NCBI RefSeq assembly: GCF_006345805.1
Contig: NC_043006.1
Location: 806,001 to 870,000 of the forward strand
DNA length: 64,000 nucleotides
Source: Octopus sinensis
Lineage: Eukaryota
Direction: 5' to 3'
Part shown: piece by piece, positions 1-12,724 of the stretch
Layout: each line of letters starts with the position of its first letter
Numbering within the stretch: position 1 is the stretch's first letter
Program-made: the position numbers and the translations under genes
Notes under the pieces: model-generated
What the model saw: only the letters and a program-made list of their open reading frames with translations
Database searches by the model: none
What the model was told of the DNA's origin: nothing

Positions 1-140
1 AATTTCAGCCTGATCACTAGCAATGCTAAGGAGAGCTCGTTACATAATATTGTATAATAAGCTTCTGCTAGTTAAGAAACATATGTAGGTTAAATTTTAC
101 TTGTTCCTTTTCTGAAAATTTTGGCTTATATATATATATA

Positions 141-361
141 TATTTCTTTACTACCCACAAGGGGCTAAACACAGAGGGAACAAACAAAGAGATTAAGTCG
201 ATTATATCGACCCCAGTGTGTAACTGGTCCTTATTTATCGACCCGCAAAGGATGAAAGGCAAAGTCGACCTCGGCGGAATTTGAACTCAGAACGTAACGA
301 CAGACGAAATACGGCTACGCATTTCGCCCGGCGTGCTAACGTTTCTGCCAGCTCGCTGCCT
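141..361 (-). mobile_element. tRNA-derived SINE family A (Nin-domain-like core), full-length copy
   Basis: Minus strand reads GGCAGCGAGCTGGCAGAAACGTTAGC (A-box-like)...GAGTTCAAATTCC (B-box)...GAGGTCGACTTTGCCTTTCATCC..GGGTCGATAAA (Nin-like core)...GCCCCTTGTGGGTAGTAAAGAAAT tail. Many near-identical copies occur in the window. Confidence 0.85.
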
Positions 362-383
362 GTTGGCTTATATATATATATAT

Positions 384-415
<32 letters not shown>

Positions 416-434
416 GAGAGAGAGAGTGAGTGTG

Positions 435-488
<54 letters not shown>

Positions 489-1044
489 CATATACATGTA
501 CGTATGTATGTATGTATGTGTGAATGTGAGTATGTTCCGGAAGAGTGTATTTTAAGTAGAAGTTTTCTTCAATGAGATGCTATTTACCTTAAAATAATAC
601 CTTAATAAGCTGATAAGAACTTGTCGCTAAATATCAGAAAGGCGTTTGGAGAACACTTGCCATAATTTATTGGTTTTCTATTGATGCTAACACTATTTGA
701 CTTCTGTGATATCTTCTATTTCATTAAGCGAAAGCTACATCAGCGACTTCCAACCGTTTCTCTACTAAGGATCAATTTCATGCATCCACACACTGGATGC
801 GTAAAACACAATAAATTGTGTAATAAATTAATTAGTACACATATAATACCCACACATATTACATATATTGTACATATACAAAATGCAAAAACACTCGGCA
901 TACTGCGATATCCTTTATCTTTTATTTTATCTGTTTCAGTCATTAGACGATGGCCATGCTGGAGCATTGCCTAGTCGAACAAAACACAAAGACACTCACA
1001 CACGCAAACACACACTCGCACACACAATACACATACAAGCACGA

Positions 1045-1102
<58 letters not shown>

Positions 1103-1103
1103 T

Positions 1104-1137
<34 letters not shown>

Positions 1138-1236
1138 GTTAATCCAAACAAGAAAACACAAAAAAAACACAGCAACGCGAGGACGTGGAACAAATAAAGT
1201 ATTATTGGACGCTCAGGAAAGAAGGGAAGAAGGAGG

Positions 1237-1299
<63 letters not shown>

Positions 1300-1300
1300 A

Positions 1301-1770
1301 AAGACTCAAGAGATTAAGACTCTATTCCTTAGAGCGTAGGCGAGAAAGATATGCCATAATATACACCTGGAAAATCCCAGAAGGACTTGTCCCAAACTTT
1401 AGCATCGAGAGCTACACAAATGCTAGAACTGGGCGCCACTGCATAGTGCCAAGGACTCCAAATTTGCCATCAAGATGTAGGACAAGATACTGTGATAGCC
1501 TGGGCTTCAGAGGCCCACAGCTCTTCAATATCCTCCCGAAGAACCTGAGAGACCTGCATGGGGTAGATGCAGATGTCTTTAAAATAAAACTGGATCTCTT
1601 CTTGTCAGGTATCCCAGATGAACCAACTTCACGGCAGGAGGTGCAGATGAGGGCAGCCGCATCGAACTCTCTCATGCACCAAATGGCAATTGCTAAAAAG
1701 CTTCCGTGAAGTAAAACCATGTAGCAACACCAAATGGCGGTGCCCCAGCATGGCCACAGCTCAAACTAGA
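1301..1770 (+). mobile_element. 3' fragment of CR1/L2-type LINE (same family as 26110-28322)
   Basis: ORF 1446-1709 (SLGFRGPQLFNILPKNLRDLHGVDADVFKIKLDLFLSGIPDEPTSRQE) matches the C-terminus of ORF 27634-28260. It ends in the tail GGCGGTGCCCCAGCATGGCCACAGC followed by (ATCA)n. Confidence 0.85.
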
Positions 1771-1794
1771 ATCAATCAATCAATCAATCAATCA

Positions 1795-1898
<104 letters not shown>

Positions 1899-1931
1899 GA
1901 TATATATATATATATTCCACATATTTTCGAC

Positions 1932-1965
<34 letters not shown>

Positions 1966-1974
1966 GGTATACGA

Positions 1975-2135
1975 TAGGCTTCTTTCAGTTTCCGTCTACC
2001 AAATCCTCACGCAATGCTTTGGTCAGTCCAAGGCTATAATAGAAGACACTCGCTCAGGATGCCACGCAGTGGGATTGACCCCGGAACCATGTGGTTGGGA
2101 AACAAGCTTCTTACCACACACCCACACCTGCTCCT
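1975..2135 (-). mobile_element. tRNA-derived SINE family B, 5' part
   Basis: Reverse complement matches copies at 29175, 42020, 44340 and 52145 (GGTAAGAAGCTTG..CAACCACATGGTTCCGGG..CCCACTGCGTGGCA..GGATTTGGTAGACGGAAACTGAAAGAAGCC). Confidence 0.8.
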
Positions 2136-2423
2136 GCGATAGCTATTAAAATAAGAATGAAATTTAAACATTTATCCTTTCCATGTGGCGCACTGCCAGT
2201 CCGTGGCTCGGTGGTTGGGGACCCCTGCTACACATATGTGTACATGTACCAGTTTACAGGTTTTGATTATGAATGTTTCTGCTTATCTCATCGTATGGTT
2301 GTCTTGTAATTCTACAAGATCTTTTCAGGTATGAGCTAATGCTTCTTTTCTGTGGCTATTTCACAATTCTGTCACAATTTCCAAAATATCAAAGCTCCCA
2401 TTATGCATTACCTATGAGCTGGC

Positions 2424-2610
2424 AATATTTCGTCTGCTCTTACGTTCTGAGTTCAAATTCCGCCGAGGTCGACTTTGCCTTTCATTCTTTCGGGGTCGAT
2501 AAATTAAGTACCAGTAACACACTGGGGTCAATGTAATCGACTTAATCCGTTTGTCTGTCCTTGTTTGTCCCCTCTATGTTTAGCCCCTTGTGGGCAATAA
2601 AGAAATAAGA
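2424..2610 (+). mobile_element. SINE family A, 5'-truncated copy
   Basis: GAGTTCAAATTCCGCCGAGGTCGACTTTGCC...AGCCCCTTGTGGGCAATAAAGAAAT. Confidence 0.85.
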
Positions 2611-3242
2611 TATATATTTTAAAAAACCGAAACAACGGTGACTATTTCTTTCTTTCCCACTTGCACTTATTCCGCAATTCCTCAAAATATTCGACTCTAT
2701 ACCACGCTTTTAGCAATGACCGATGGGAAGGTTCTGATCACGTGCTGTAATTAAGTATACTTCAATCTTAGACGTGTGTCCTGCGCTTTTTAGACATCAC
2801 TGCGATTTCTTTTGTCTCCACGCAGCTAAATTGTTCCACTTGTTGACTACACAAAAATCGTTTTTGGTCATCATTTTAGTATGGCATACCAAGTTTCCGT
2901 TTTTAGCCTAGTCTCGTTTTTGCTTTCTCTTGTAGCTGTTATCACAATTTCAGCTTACTCCTCCTTTTCCCCTCATAATATATCTATTACTTCTTTTTTG
3001 TATTATTGTCTTCCTCGAAGACAGAAAACACGTTTATTTTTGCCTTCTTCGTGTTTTATCCTTCTTTATGTTAGTTCTTCATTATTCTTTGCTAGATAGT
3101 TTTTCTGGTGCTGTTGTAGATATGTTATAATAATTTTCTAGATGGAAAAGACCATCAATTTCCTTCATTCAATCGAAATATCATTATTCTGTTGAGAAGT
3201 TTGGAAGATGCAATCCAGTCATTTGAATTATTATTATTGTTA

Positions 3243-3289
<47 letters not shown>

Positions 3290-3439
3290 TATTATTATTA
3301 TTATTGTTTTATTATTATTATTATATTATATTATATTATTATTATTTTATTATTATTATTTATTATTATTATTTTCGTTTGGCTCAGGTTCGGTCTTATT
3401 CATGGTAGGAATTATGTGGATAGCGGGTTACTACATGTA

Positions 3440-3605
3440 ATCTTAGGCATCCACAAGTTTTCAGCAGTGTTTCAAGTGCTTAGAACCATCCTGATAATCC
3501 TTGTTGTCTCCAAGAGATAAACTTTCCGTAGGAGCTCTACCGCGCATTATGCTTCAACCTCATTCAGCCACTTATCTATATCTTGGCTTACTGTTCTCAA
3601 CTCAT
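3440..3605 (-). mobile_element. Dong/R4-type LINE C-terminal remnant abutting (AAT)n
   Basis: Minus-strand translation IDELRTVSQDIDKWLNEVEA*CAVELLRKVYLLETTRIIRMVL resembles the IVGALGMI...IQKIALLGTAHILRRTL terminus of ORF 62842-63207. Confidence 0.6.
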
Positions 3606-3637
3606 CAATGATAATAATAATAACGATAATAATAACG

Positions 3638-3723
<86 letters not shown>

Positions 3724-4692
3724 AAACGAACTACTCTTTTGCTGGAAGTAAGAGGCTGAAAATTTCCACTTAATCGGTCGAACTGCTAAAATTAAGAGCC
3801 GAACCATTTCCAGTTCATGATCTGCAGTCCTGTTTTTCTAAGGACAACCTACTGAGCGAACGTTTAAGATCGGAGACCTCTACTTTGCCGGTCGATATGC
3901 TAAAAATAATAGACAAACCACACGGTTACTGGACGTATGAAACTGAGAACGTTTGCTTTGTCGGTTGACCCCCTAAAATAACTGCCGAACCACTCCCAAA
4001 TTATAATCCCTTTAAAAGGGGTGACATATCGGATAGTGCTACTTGAAAAATCTGCTTGAAAAGGTTGGGTGATTATTACCTGAATGTCTTTGATTACACA
4101 GCTACTCGATTTGAGATAAACTGGAGCTAAAAAGCAACAAAACATATTGAATATATTTATTGATATAAACCATAATTTGTGCGACGGGCTGACAGAATCG
4201 TTAGCATGGCGAGCAAAATGCTTTCAAGGCATTTTGTCCGTCCTTACTTTCTGAGATCAAATTTCTCTGCGGCGGACTTTTCCTTTTCGGATCGATAAAA
4301 TAAGTACCAGTTGAGCACTAGAGTCGATATAGCCTGCTTACTCTCTATCCGAAATTGCTGGCATTGTACCAAAACATGAACCATAATAATTTTAATTTCA
4401 TCTTTAGCTGCGGTGAAGACCGAAATAAGTTTTTTCATTTACTGAGTTAATTTGGTAAGATGTTAGAAGTTTATTGTATTCACGCATCCAAAATGGTGTC
4501 CTTGTGAATTATTTCTCGTTGTTCTTCTCTGAAAGCTCTCAGGCAAAATGAAAAATTGCTGCTGTCACCTAGGTAACTATGGATCATTCTAATATATAAA
4601 CTGAAAACTGAACAAGAAAGGTGTCCATAGTTGCAGCAGCCTTACAATGAATTTTACTCGATCAATATTAACACATAGAAACACATATACTT

Positions 4693-4764
<72 letters not shown>

Positions 4765-5175
4765 GCGTGTATAGAGGAATAACTTAAGGGTAATAAGTAG
4801 TATTACATCCAATAAAAAGAGAACTCGGTACACGTTTTGTATTAAAAGCTTGAGATCATTACGGAAGCTGATATACATACATAACTACATACCTGCCTGG
4901 CTAACCGAACATACAAACAACACACACACACACACACATAAATTTATATATATGTATATAAGATGCATAAAACTGTCTGAACATCAGTAATGAAATATTT
5001 ATTAGATACCTTTATGTGGAAAACATTCCAACAACCCTGTGGTAAAATCTACCATCACCAGTGCGACTGATAGTACTTATGTATGTATGTATGTATGTAT
5101 GTATGTATGTATGTATGTATGTATGTATGTATGTATGTATGCATGTATATATGTATCTATTCATATATATATTTG

Positions 5176-5217
<42 letters not shown>

Positions 5218-5265
5218 AATGTATACATATATATACATATGTATACATACATGCATATATATATG

Positions 5266-5308
<43 letters not shown>

Positions 5309-5329
5309 AATAATAGTAATAGTATGACA

Positions 5330-6640
5330 ACAAAAGAATGAATGAGACCTCGATATGATGCAAATAGAGGAATTTATCTGTAAAATAATGTGACAATTAT
5401 TCCGTTACCATAATAAAACTCCGAGTTTCGGATGTCAGGGCGAAAATCTGCTCAGGCATCTCGTCAGTTATTAAGACAAAACAAAAATGCTATCTTTTTT
5501 TATAAAAAAATTTATATATAAAAATATGTAAAATATATATTAAAAATATAGAGAGATAAAATGCTTGTAGGTGGACACAGTATAAAAATCAGGTTCTATC
5601 TGTGTTCTTGGGGGGGGGGGACCAAAAATGTAACAAATATTTACCCATATATGGACATTATCCCAAAAGTTCAGTTCTTGAATTTAGACGTGTAGTGAAA
5701 TCTAAGGAACTTTTCCAGATGAGCCATCTTTCCATATCACAAAGACCGCACTTTCCACTGCTGTTGGTGTAAGGCTTGCACCTAGCTAAGATCTTCCAAT
5801 GGATGTTGTAACTGACACTTTTATCTTTTAATGACGATATATGACTGGATAATTTGGTTGTTTTTCTTTTTTCCCAGTTCCTGAAGCTCAAGGTGTGATT
5901 GTTGAACCTAGCTTTAAATTTCACCTCTGTGAGACTCACTTATTTCTTTGATGAAACTATGTCCTTAGTGGTCTCTGATATGCAAGCTCCCTTTAGCGGG
6001 CACACATTTTTATCCCTGCACGAACAGATGGTTTCGTTTTGTTGTTTTTGTGTGTTATGTGCGACTGTAATTATGACTGGTTGGAAAATGCCTATCTATA
6101 AGTGATAAAAATTATTTACATATATTAAAGGTCACTTCGGGGGAGTAAGGGTGTGTGAACCAGACAGTTTTCCTATTCCTATGTTTCCTCTTCTTTATTA
6201 TTGGACTGGTAACAGGTGCTCAGGCTATTTCCTCGCTAAAACCACTATCTTTTAGAGCCACAATTAAAAATGTCACGATCGGAGGAGAGGCTAGAAATGT
6301 TTTCAACTAAATTTTTAAATACTATGGAGGGATGGCAGGAACCTACATTAATATAACTAAGTCTATTGTTGGGCTTCCTATAAGGTTTGTAAATATTCTT
6401 ATTTAAATCTAAGTATACATCTAGGAAATTGACAACCGTCAGGTTGGTATCTGTATTTATGCTAAGACCGAAAGTTTTCATCATTTGGACAATGTCCTTC
6501 CTAAACTGATCTTGTGCTGGTCCATTGGTATTTGTGATTAGAGCTAGAGATTCTTCTTTGTAAATGGCGAAATATACGTAAGGAAAAGTCTTGCACAACG
6601 TATCAAGGTTATGGCAACGGAATAATTGTCACATAATATT
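5330..6640 (-). mobile_element. Penelope-like retroelement, 5'-truncated and decayed (RT C-terminal part + GIY-YIG endonuclease + pLTR)
   Basis: ORF 6245-6598: FRKDIVQMMKTFGL..TNLTVVNFLDVYLDL...YKPYRKPN...SCHP (Penelope RT/thumb). CSCRDKNVCPLKGAC linker near 5980-6025. ORF 5658-5939: SLTEVKFKARFNNHTLSFRN...LSSHI...HWKIL...KCGLCDME (GIY-YIG). A hammerhead motif lies downstream. Confidence 0.85.
5411..5473 (-). ncRNA. Type I hammerhead ribozyme motif in Penelope pLTR
   Basis: Minus strand: TAATAA-CTGACGA-GATG(...)CATCC-GAAA-CTCGGAGT-T-TTATTA. Stem I is TAATAA/TTATTA, core CUGACGA/GAAA, short stem III, GUU triplet. Confidence 0.75.
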
Positions 6641-6657
6641 TTGCACCTCCCACACAC

Positions 6658-6773
<116 letters not shown>

Positions 6774-7359
6774 TATATATATATAAAATCAGGAGCAAAT
6801 ATTCAGGATTGAATATTTATATAGATATTAATAATGCCATTAGTTTAAACGAGGGTTTTAGCTCTCATTTCTAGCAGATAGACGTATGCGTATGTCCTTA
6901 TGATACACACACACACGCACACACACATACATATACATATATACGTGTGTGTATGAGTATGTGTATGTGTGTATGTATGAACATATATATATATGAATAT
7001 TATATACATATACAAACATATATGTAGTTATTCGTGCCACAGAATCTCCCCAAACTAGATACCAATATCTAAGCTTTATTCAAGTCTAATAAGATTATCC
7101 AAGAAGAAGAATAACTAATATCAATCTCAGTAATCGCTATAACCCATGAATCCACAAACACTTTCCACTTTACTAGAATGAAGGACAACGTAGAATAACA
7201 AGCAAACATAACACATATGCATTTCCGTCATCAGCTGCCACGCACACACTGTATGCGCAATATATGCACACGCTTTTACGCACGCATATAGATGCAATTT
7301 TTTTTTGACAGTCAAACTTTCGGCTGCGTCGTCGACTGCTGATGAAATTATCCAATACT

Positions 7360-8560
7360 GGAGTCCGTGGAAAGTTACTGTATTTGATTAAATGTTTCCT
7401 GACAAACAGAATCCAACATTTTATTGGCCGCAGAATTTACTCAGTATTAGAAAGAAGTCATTAGTGATGTCCTCTATCCTACTGTGTTTAGAACCACGTC
7501 TGCTTGTATTTGCATAAATGACATTTCAAATGTCGTAAAACAATAAAATAAAAATCTTTGCTGCTGACTCAAAGTTCTATCAAATTCAGCGAGCGAATAT
7601 GGGGACCGAACACAACTTCAATCCATTCTATACGCAGTGGTTCGAGAGGAACCTCACGAAAAGAAAAAAACAGAAAACTTTAAAAGAAGCAAGAAAATCC
7701 TTAATTAAGCAATATGCTGCTTAACAAAGAAAAATCTGAGTTCGTCTACTTTGGAAAAGAGAATTACTTAAATAGCCATATTTTCTCTCCTCAGTAGAGC
7801 AACTCGTAACGTCGTATAATATCACAGACTTAGTTATCACTCTGGACAACAGCCTTAGCTGGAGTGCAAATATCAAACGATAAGTATGAATGGCTCGCAG
7901 AATGGGCCCATAGATATTCAGAACCTTCCCGTCAAGAGATTGTAACACCATCATCCTTTTCTTCTCTATGATTGCTAGATGCAATTCGAATATTGCTATG
8001 GACTATGGTCTCCTCTCTTTAAAACAAAACCTTATGAGAATTGAAGCATCCAAGAAGTCAATGACAAAATGAATAAATAAGTAACTGACATGGCAGGCCT
8101 TATTCTCTGAATGGCTTCGAAAAGCTCAAATGCACCTCTCTCCAACGCCACCATGAATTCTATTATTTGTAGAACGTGGAAAATATTTCCCCAACTCTGT
8201 TCAAACGATGTTAGTATCGACTTCACGCATCACCCAAGTCTTGGTCTCAGTACTCTATGTCCCTTACAAAAATCGAGTTCATATAACCTATTAACATTGC
8301 AATACAACAATTATCACATTTACTCCTGTTTTATTGAACATTATCCTGAAAAATATCAAAAGAAAAAGACCCCATAATATTCAAACGATACCCGGACAAA
8401 TTTCTCCAAGAAATACCAGACAAACCATAGACACCCGGATATATCTCGGTAAACCCCTCCATCCTTATTCGAGTGAGTTATGAGGTCCTAAAATGATTTG
8501 AAAGACTACTCCAGATGGTGCTTTTGAGAAGTTAGACGTGGCCTGAACTAGTAACGGCCA
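7360..8560 (+). mobile_element. Highly decayed CR1/L2-type LINE (second family; same as 43817-44220)
   Basis: Frameshifted remnants GKLLYLIKCFLTNRIQ, INDI, KIFAADSK (FADDSK-like) and WKIFPQLCSNDVSIDFTHHPSLG. The 3' tail CCAGATGGTGC..AAGTTAGACGTGGCC resembles 44160-44215. Confidence 0.65.
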
Positions 8561-8561
8561 A

Positions 8562-8760
8562 AATCTGATCTTCTGCATCAAATGCCCGAATTATGAATAA
8601 ATATATATTGGCCGGACAAGAACCTCGTCTAATGCACGTGTGTACATCGGCAACAAATTTGGGACTAAACACTCATTTACAAACGTGCTGTTAGCAACTG
8701 TCTTTACGATTCAAGAGGAAAGAATCTTATTAACACACTTAAACCCGTTCTAAATAGACA
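8562..8760 (+). mobile_element. Decayed Penelope-type GIY-YIG fragment
   Basis: Translation NLIFCIKCPNYE*IYIGRTRT, then (frameshifted) VHRQQIWD and LINTLKPVLN, fitting the PLE GIY-YIG pattern NLIYxIxCxxCxxxYIGxT...HxQQI...KPxLN. Confidence 0.55.
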
Positions 8761-8783
8761 ATGATATGAAAAGGAATAATACC

Positions 8784-9017
8784 TATTTCTTTACTACCCA
8801 CAAGGGGCTAAACACAGAGGGGACAAACAAGGACAGACAAACGGATTAAGTCGATTATATCGATCCCAGCGCGTAACTGGTACTTATTTAATCGACCCCG
8901 GAAGGATGAAAGGCAAAGTCAACCTCGGCAGAATTTGAACTCAGAATGTAACGGCAGACGAAACACGGCTTCGCATTTCGCCCGCGGCGTGCTAATGTTT
9001 CTACCAGCTCGCCACCT
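8784..9017 (-). mobile_element. SINE family A, full-length copy
   Basis: Near-identical to 141-361. GAATAATACC occurs on both flanks (possible TSD). Confidence 0.85.
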
Positions 9018-9448
9018 TGAGAAAGAATAATACCACTATTGATTTAAATCAAATTTTACATAAAAACTGTAGTGATATTGACAATATTAATAAACTGAAG
9101 TTTCTCCGATTGGTTAAGATGTTTCTAAGGATAAACGCAGTCAATGCCGAATGTGTTGCCGCGTTCAGCAAACCGTCACGGCTTTAAAGAAACACACGGG
9201 CTTATCATCACAGTTGACAAATATGAAGCATATTAGGTGTTTGTTACTGCTCCTGCTACATAAGCATTTACATGAAGATTGCAAATATCAAGAAAATATA
9301 TTCCTTATATTTGAAACATTGTATGTTTTACTTTGAAGCTTCTATAAGACATGAAAGTACTTGCGATATTGGAATACGGAATATTGTAAAATTGTAAAAA
9401 TGCCCAAAATAAAACGCGAAAATCAGACTCTGATGGAATTCAATTACT

Positions 9449-9760
9449 TTGTATGTATGTATGTATGTATGTATGTATGTATGTATGTATGTATGCATGT
9501 ATGTATGTATGTATGTATGTATGTATGTATGTATGTATGTATGTATGTATGTATGCATGCATGCATGTATGTATGTATGTATGTATGTATGTATGTATGT
9601 ATGTATGTATGTATTGTATGTTATGTATTATGTAAGTATGTATGTATGTATGTATGTATGCATGTATGTATGTATGTATGTATGTATGTATGTATGTATG
9701 TATGTATGTATGTATGTATGTATGTATGTATGTATGTATGTATGTATGTATGCATGTATT
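9449..9760. repeat. (ATGT)n microsatellite, about 300 bp
   Basis: Direct reading. Confidence 0.95.
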
Positions 9761-9998
9761 ACAAACGTGCATACATACATATACATACACTAGCATATAT
9801 ATTGTATGTTTATGTAATGTATATAGGCATATGTATGTATGTATGCATGTGTATATATTATATATATATGTGTGTGTGTGGTGGGGTATTTTGTGTGTAT
9901 ACATATATATGATATATATTCAAGCAAACATGCATACTTATAAACATGCTTCATACGCCCACACACGCATGTGTGCGCGCACACGCACACACACACGC

Positions 9999-10057
<59 letters not shown>

Positions 10058-10407
10058 TATACAGCAAGGGAGAAAGAGATAATTATACATACGAAAGAGA
10101 AAGAGAGAGAGAAAGAGAGAAAGAGAGAAAGAGAGAGAGAGAGAGTGTGAAGGAGAAAGTTACCTAACTATAGGAAAATTAAAATCACAGATCACAAATT
10201 AAATACATAGGATGTTGTGCAGTGAAGGAGTTGTGGAAGCGCAGTAATATAATTATTGATTTCTCTTTTAATTAGGTTACTTCTCAGTAACATCTTCGGA
10301 AAAAAATATAAAAAGAAAGCGGAAAAAATCTTAAAATTCTGACTCACAGCTATCCTTAGTACATATTTATGTTTACTCATACACATACATACGCAAGCAC
10401 AAATGCC

Positions 10408-10507
<100 letters not shown>

Positions 10508-10571
10508 CCCATCCCTCCATCCATCCATCCATCCATCCATCCATCCATCCATCCTTCTATCTATCTATCTA

Positions 10572-10814
<243 letters not shown>

Positions 10815-10838
10815 CATTCATCCATCCATCTATCCATC

Positions 10839-10886
<48 letters not shown>

Positions 10887-11309
10887 TAAGCTCGTAGATA
10901 CACGTTCTGCGAATCATGTTCGCTCACATGATTATTGGTAAATTGTTTTACTCCAGTTTACATCGCTGCTAAGCTTAGTGCAGGTTGATGTTTTGCTCTG
11001 AAACGTGACACAGATTTGACAGGAGTCAGAGCACCGAGCCTACGTCCTGTTGCTATCTCTTATTCATCGTATTGGTCGATTGAGACATTTTTGCTGCTCT
11101 CAGAATATTTCTTTATATTTTGGCTTTGTTTTTTTTAAATTAAAAATAAAATAGCGTTTAATCTCCGGTTTTAATCTACGAATGTCTATCTCGTAGCAAT
11201 TAAAACCAGGAACAGATTGTAATTAATTGATGGTATTGTCAAGAAAGTGCCATAATCGAATCGCAGCAATGTCTTTAGGGGACGTACAGTTAATAACGGT
11301 GGCGGTGAT

Positions 11310-12437
11310 GATCCTTTTTTTAATTTCTGGCAAATTGCTAGCAATTTTGAGGGGTGGGGAGCGTCAATTACTTCGACCCAATCTTTGATTAGTACTTATC
11401 TTGTCGACCCCGAATAGACGAAGGGAGAAGTTGAATTTGAACTTGGAATTTGAACTTGGAACGTATAGCCGGAAGAAATGCCGCTAAGCATTTTGTCCGA
11501 CGCGGTAACAATTCTGCCAATTCGCTGTTTTAATAGTTCTTTTTGCTATGGGCAAAATGATGGTGATGATGATGATGATGATGATTTCTATGTTGGAAAG
11601 TGGATCTCCTCGGAATTTGAACTCAGAAAATAATGAGCCGGAAGATAAGTCTTTAAGCATTTTGATCAACGCACCGGCAGTTCTGCAAGTTCGCCAGCAA
11701 TTTCGGAGAAGGGTGAGTCGGATGAAATGAGCAACTGTGATTTATTTCATCGATCTCGAAAGGATGAAAGGCAGATTAGACCTCGGCGAGATTTGAACCC
11801 AGAACATAAGGCAGGACGAAATGGCGTTAATCCTTTTGTCGGGCGCGGTAACAATTCTGCCAGTTCGTTACTTTAATTTTAATAACACTGATACTTTCCA
11901 CTTCCGGCACAAGGCCAGCAATTCTTACGAAGAGTGGGTAAGTCGGTTACATTGGATCCACGGCTAAACTGATTGTTATTTTATCGAACCTGAAAGAATA
12001 AAAGACAAAGCGGATTTTCACCACAGAACTTAATGAATCGGAAGAAATAGCACAGGGAGTAATTTTGGGGGCGTGCTAACGATTCCACCAGCTTGATGGT
12101 TTCTATCGCAGGCACAAGGCCAAAAATTTGGCGGAGAGAGAGCGAGTCGATTACATCGAGTCCGCAACCGGTGTTTATTTCATCGATTCCAAAAGAAGGA
12201 CGAAAAGCCGCTAAGGACTTTTCAGGACGCGCTAAGGATTCGGTAGCTCACTCGAAGTTCCGAGTAACAGGCTAGTCGATTACATCTACAGTAGTACTTC
12301 CCTGATGTCATTTCATCGAGCTGGACTGGAAATAAGGCAAAGTTAATCTCGGTGAAGTTTGACCTCAGAACGTAAAGATGATCGAAATGTCATTAACATT
12401 TTGTCCAGCATGCTAACGATTGTGCCAGCTCGACACC

Positions 12438-12440
<3 letters not shown>
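11310..12440 (-). mobile_element. Cluster of about 5-6 old, diverged SINE family A copies
   Basis: Repeated GAATTTGAAC(T/C)CAGAAC...AAGCATTTTGTCC..CGCG.TAACAATTCTGCCAG motifs near 11450, 11615, 11790, 12030 and 12360. Confidence 0.65.
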
Positions 12441-12510
<70 letters not shown>

Positions 12511-12512
<2 letters not shown>

Positions 12513-12714
12513 GAAACATGGGTGGTTCTTTCAACATCCCCACCTGCAAGGTCATATGCTGTTTATCTTGATATGAGATCACCATGTCGCGCACATATGG
12601 TTGTGATGCATGTGCCTGGTGTACCCTTATCAGACGGGTAGTCATGATGGGTATACTGGGCTTCGTATATTTTACCCCAGTGTCACTTTGATGGTATGTA
12701 CTGCTCTCTCACCC
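12511..12714 (+). mobile_element. Truncated copy of the (AAT)n-associated non-coding element seen at 63458-63990
   Basis: CCCACCTGCAAGGTCAT...GAGATCAC..GTCGCGCACATATG..GTGATGCATGTGCC...GGGTAGTCATGATGGGTATA..GGGCTTCGTATATTTTAC...CTGCTCTCTCAC is shared. Both copies are flanked by AAT repeats. Confidence 0.8.
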
Positions 12715-12724
12715 AATAATAATA

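Noticed and set aside
141-361. tRNA genes at SINE heads (also 35588, 42750, 24573)
   Set aside because: A/B boxes are present but there is no cloverleaf, and they continue into multi-copy SINE bodies.
9361-10082. Long ORFs of YVCM/HTYI/IYIY repeats (also at 5039, 31927, 40378, 43483 and elsewhere)
   Set aside because: These are stop-free reading frames of (ATGT)n, (TA)n, (CA)n and (CTAT)n microsatellites, not genes.
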